Source: an uncultured Gemmatimonadota bacterium (GTDB lineage: Bacteria; JAAXHH01). From it: a DNA stretch of 64,000 nucleotides. The stretch lies in assembly GCA_951812955.1 (NCBI GenBank), contig OX638340.1, positions 256,001 through 320,000 on the forward strand, read 5' to 3'. The notes under the pieces were generated by a model, which was not told where the DNA came from, did not search any database, and was given only the letters and a program-made list of their open reading frames with translations. Positions 60,969-64,000 of the stretch are shown here, in pieces (position 1 is the stretch's first letter; every line of letters starts with the position of its first letter). A program made the translations under genes and the position numbers.

Positions 60969-62993
60969 GTGTCGGTGCGTGAAGAGGAAATGAAGGAAGA
61001 CAGTCCGGAACAGTATCGGAATGCCGATACCGCGTTGTTCGGAGAATCGGACGAACCCTACCTTTCAGGATTCAACCTGAAGACGATCTGGGCGTGCCTG
61101 TTCGTCGGTTTCGTCATGTTGCCGGGATCGATCTACCTGAGCCTGGTGACGGGCGGGCAGACTGGCGCGGCGGACTGGGTTACCGTCATCCTGTTCCTCG
61201 AGATCGCCAAACGGTCCCTCGTCAAGATGACCCGGCAGGAAATCATGATCCTGTACTGGGCCGCGGCCGGACTGGCCGCCGCGGGGAACGCGATGAACAC
61301 CGGCATCACCGGCGGTCCCTTCGCCCACCTGATCTGGGAGCAGTACTACCTGCAGTCTCCGGAAGCCACGGGCATCGCCACGCTGATCCCCACCTGGGTC
61401 GTCCCGACGCTGGATTCCGGGGCGCTGGCGAGCCGGACGTTCTTCCACATGGACTGGTTCGTGCCCGTCCTCGTCCTCACCGCGGTGACCGTCCTCTTCG
61501 CGGTCAATTCCTATTCGATGGGGTACATCCTCTTCCGGGTTACCAACGACGTGGAGAGGCTGACCTTCCCCCTGGCGAGGGTGCACGCGGGCGGCGCAAC
61601 GGCGCTGGCCGAGACTTCGCAGAACAAGGAGGGCTGGCGATGGCGGGCATTCAGCATCGGATCCGTAATCGGGGTGTCCTGGGGACTCCTGTACGTGATG
61701 ATACCCATCCTGTCCAGCACGTTCCTGGTCACGCCCATCACCATATTGCCCATCCCCTTCATCGATTTCACCACCAGTCTCAAGGAAGTGTTGCCCGCGA
61801 CCATGGTGGGCATCGGGACCGATCTCGGCACCCTCGTCGCGGGATTCGTCCTGCCCTTCTGGGTCGTGATCGGCACCTTCGTGTCGTCGGCCGTAATCGC
61901 TTTCGTCGCCAATCCCCTGCTCTATCACAACGGCATCCTGACCACCTGGGAACCCGGGATGTCGCTCATTCCGACCCAGATATCCAACAACATCGATTTC
62001 TGGCTCAGCTTCACCATCGGCGCTTCCCTCGTCATCGGCATCGTGGGATTCACGGCGACCATCCGGGCCATTCTGAAATCCAACCGGGAGAAGCGTAACG
62101 ATTCCGACGGGGACACGGGGGTGCGTCCGACGCCGGAGGGCCGGGGCGACCTGCCGATCTGGCTCGTATTCATCTTCTGGTTCATCAGCACGACGGGATT
62201 CGTGGTCATACTCTACTTTCTGATCCCCGACTTTCCGTGGTGGATCAGCGCCATCTTCGGATACCTCTGGTCGCCGGTGTTTTCCTATATCGGGGCCCGG
62301 ATGATCGGCATCACCGGCTCACCCTACGGTTCCTCCTTCCCCTTCGTCAAGGAAGCATCCTTCCTGCTGTCCGGCTACAAGGGGGTCGCCGTGTGGTTCG
62401 CGCCGATACCCATCTTCGAACACGGAAAGGTGGCGGAAACCTTCAAGCAGCTGGATCTCACCAAGACGACCTTCGGCAGCGTGGTCAAGTTAACCGCGGT
62501 GACCACCATCCTGATGTTCGTTTGCAGCTTCATCTTCTACTCGCTCGTGTGGAAACTTAATCCGATCCCGTCGGCAGCCTATCCCTTTGTGCAGAAGATG
62601 TGGCCCCTCAACGCGGCCATGCGGACCATCTGGGTGAAGTCCACCCTGCCCGGCGGCATCACGTTCATCTTCGATATCATCAAGATCGAGTACATCATCG
62701 CCGGTCTGGGCGTAACGGGCGGGCTGTTCGGTCTGCTCACGCTCGTGGGCGCCTCGCCGCTTTTCTTCTACGGCCTGGTTGGCGGCCTGGCCATGCCGCT
62801 CTGGCAGACCCTGCCGACCTTCTTCGGCGCCATCCTTGGGCGCTACTACTTCTCCAAGCGCTTCGGCGAAGAGAATTGGATGGCCTATGTGCCCATTGTT
62901 CTGGCCGGCTACGGGGCCGGCATCGGACTCATAGGCATGATCGCCATCGCCATCGCGCTGATATCCAAGGCGATTTCGCAAATCGTGTACTGA
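60969..62993 (+). CDS. Large polytopic membrane protein of unknown function (paralog of 25618..27588)
   Basis: 674 aa, many TM helices, shares VERLTFPLARV with the first copy. The ORF opens with GTG at 60969; the first ATG is 60990. An AT-rich putative promoter region (60800-60905) lies upstream. Confidence 0.6.
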   Translation: MSVREEEMKEDSPEQYRNADTALFGESDEPYLSGFNLKTIWACLFVGFVMLPGSIYLSLVTGGQTGAADWVTVILFLEIAKRSLVKMTRQEIMILYWAAAGLAAAGNAMNTGITGGPFAHLIWEQYYLQSPEATGIATLIPTWVVPTLDSGALASRTFFHMDWFVPVLVLTAVTVLFAVNSYSMGYILFRVTNDVERLTFPLARVHAGGATALAETSQNKEGWRWRAFSIGSVIGVSWGLLYVMIPILSSTFLVTPITILPIPFIDFTTSLKEVLPATMVGIGTDLGTLVAGFVLPFWVVIGTFVSSAVIAFVANPLLYHNGILTTWEPGMSLIPTQISNNIDFWLSFTIGASLVIGIVGFTATIRAILKSNREKRNDSDGDTGVRPTPEGRGDLPIWLVFIFWFISTTGFVVILYFLIPDFPWWISAIFGYLWSPVFSYIGARMIGITGSPYGSSFPFVKEASFLLSGYKGVAVWFAPIPIFEHGKVAETFKQLDLTKTTFGSVVKLTAVTTILMFVCSFIFYSLVWKLNPIPSAAYPFVQKMWPLNAAMRTIWVKSTLPGGITFIFDIIKIEYIIAGLGVTGGLFGLLTLVGASPLFFYGLVGGLAMPLWQTLPTFFGAILGRYYFSKRFGEENWMAYVPIVLAGYGAGIGLIGMIAIAIALISKAISQIVY

Positions 62994-63111
62994 GTAAATC
63001 CGGAACCGTTCGAGGATACTGCAGATTCGGGTCGGTTGGTGGCGCAACGCCACTGGTACCTTCCGTTGCGCGGTGTCTCTTATCGAGTGCATCGGTGCGC
63101 AGAGTCAATGC

Positions 63112-64000
63112 CTAGTGGTATTCTCGCAACGGTTCAATCGATTCGGCCACGCGGGCGGCTATGTCTCGCGGCACCCGCGGATTGAATGGACCGCCCTCGC
63201 CCGCCTCCACGTCTTCCCATCCCCCGATAATCATCGCCTCGATTACCGCGGAATAGTTATACTGCCGGCTATTCATGAACCGCAGATGTTCGAGGCCTGA
63301 TATGCAGGCTTCCACGCGGGCCGATTCCGCGAAGTCGTCCCGGCGCTGGGCGTTGTTGATTTCATCCGCCGCGCGGGCCGCGACGATGGCGATGCCGGAG
63401 GTGTGGCCCCTGGCGCCCATTTCGGCGGCCCGGGTGCTCCGGTCGCCGATCCCCCACATGACGATGCCGTCATCGCCGATGCCTTCGATAAGCGGAGCGA
63501 CCTCTTCCTCGCTCGTACCCACCTTCACGCCGACGATGTATTGGCAGTCATTGACGAGCCGGACGATCGGATTCACGTAGTCCGCCGAACGCATGTACAG
63601 CAGGAAGCGGGCGCCACAATCTGTGCCCAGCCCCTCGGCGAAAGCCATGTAATCCTCGTAGGTCGCTTCGTGATCGGCAACGCCGGTCAGTGGCATGATG
63701 AGGTAAACTTCCGGCGGACGGGGCAGGGCCGATTGCCTGCGCACGAGTTCCTCGGCCTGGGAAAGGGGATTCGGTACGATACCCGACATCAGGAACCCGT
63801 CGTCTCCCATCTCCTCGCTGGTCGCAGCGATGACCCGGATCTGGTCCTCGAAGGAAAAGTGGTGGATCAGGCTCGTGCCCGCAATCCCGATCACGCGCTT
63901 CCGGTTTCCGTCCAGATAGTTGTTGTCCATCAGGTACCGGACGTTCTTCCGGTGGCCGTCCAGGTCGATAGCGCCGCCGCGGAAAGGCACGACGGGTATG
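63112..64000 (-). CDS. DapA-family (dihydrodipicolinate synthase / N-acetylneuraminate lyase family) protein, 5' end beyond the window
   Basis: ...LMDNNYLDGNRKRVIGIAGTSLIHHF...YIVGVKVGTSEEE... matches the DapA/NAL TIM-barrel family. The in-window ORF begins with GTG at 63990, and the family N-terminus is missing, so it is partial. Confidence 0.65.
   Translation of the reverse strand, partial: IPVVPFRGGAIDLDGHRKNVRYLMDNNYLDGNRKRVIGIAGTSLIHHFSFEDQIRVIAATSEEMGDDGFLMSGIVPNPLSQAEELVRRQSALPRPPEVYLIMPLTGVADHEATYEDYMAFAEGLGTDCGARFLLYMRSADYVNPIVRLVNDCQYIVGVKVGTSEEEVAPLIEGIGDDGIVMWGIGDRSTRAAEMGARGHTSGIAIVAARAADEINNAQRRDDFAESARVEACISGLEHLRFMNSRQYNYSAVIEAMIIGGWEDVEAGEGGPFNPRVPRDIAARVAESIEPLREYH

Overview
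This 64 kb window is a high-GC (about 63-65%) bacterial chromosomal segment with about 56 protein-coding genes. I recognised no rRNA, tRNA, CRISPR array, transposase or integrase. Housekeeping genes include polA, aceE (alone), purF, accD, ndk, a purine nucleoside phosphorylase, a dCMP deaminase and a RecD2-like helicase. They are interspersed with paralog-rich catabolic and redox genes. These include three family-5 ABC substrate-binding proteins (one partial) with no transporter partners, and three PhyH/2OG-type oxygenases, one fused to HEAT repeats. There are also two amidohydrolase-2 genes and three Rieske-domain proteins; two of the Rieske proteins are tandem ~590-aa fusions directly upstream of a Tat-exported sulfite-oxidase-family molybdoenzyme. 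A cytoplasmic sulfatase and two paralogous ~660-aa polytopic membrane proteins of unknown function complete this set. One minus-strand operon encodes acyl-CoA dehydrogenase, EtfB, EtfA, a membrane FeS oxidoreductase, and KorA plus KorB with a fused gamma domain. A roughly 750 bp low-GC islet carries a HigB/HigA-like toxin-antitoxin pair with an operator palindrome over a sigma70-like promoter. Short tandem direct duplications (2-3 copies of 16-38 bp) recur in at least six intergenic regions, plus one 9-bp-periodic tract inside a CDS. One AbgT transporter gene is interrupted by a 1-bp frameshift in a G6 homopolymer. Product assignments rest on motifs I recognised in the translations; no database search was run.
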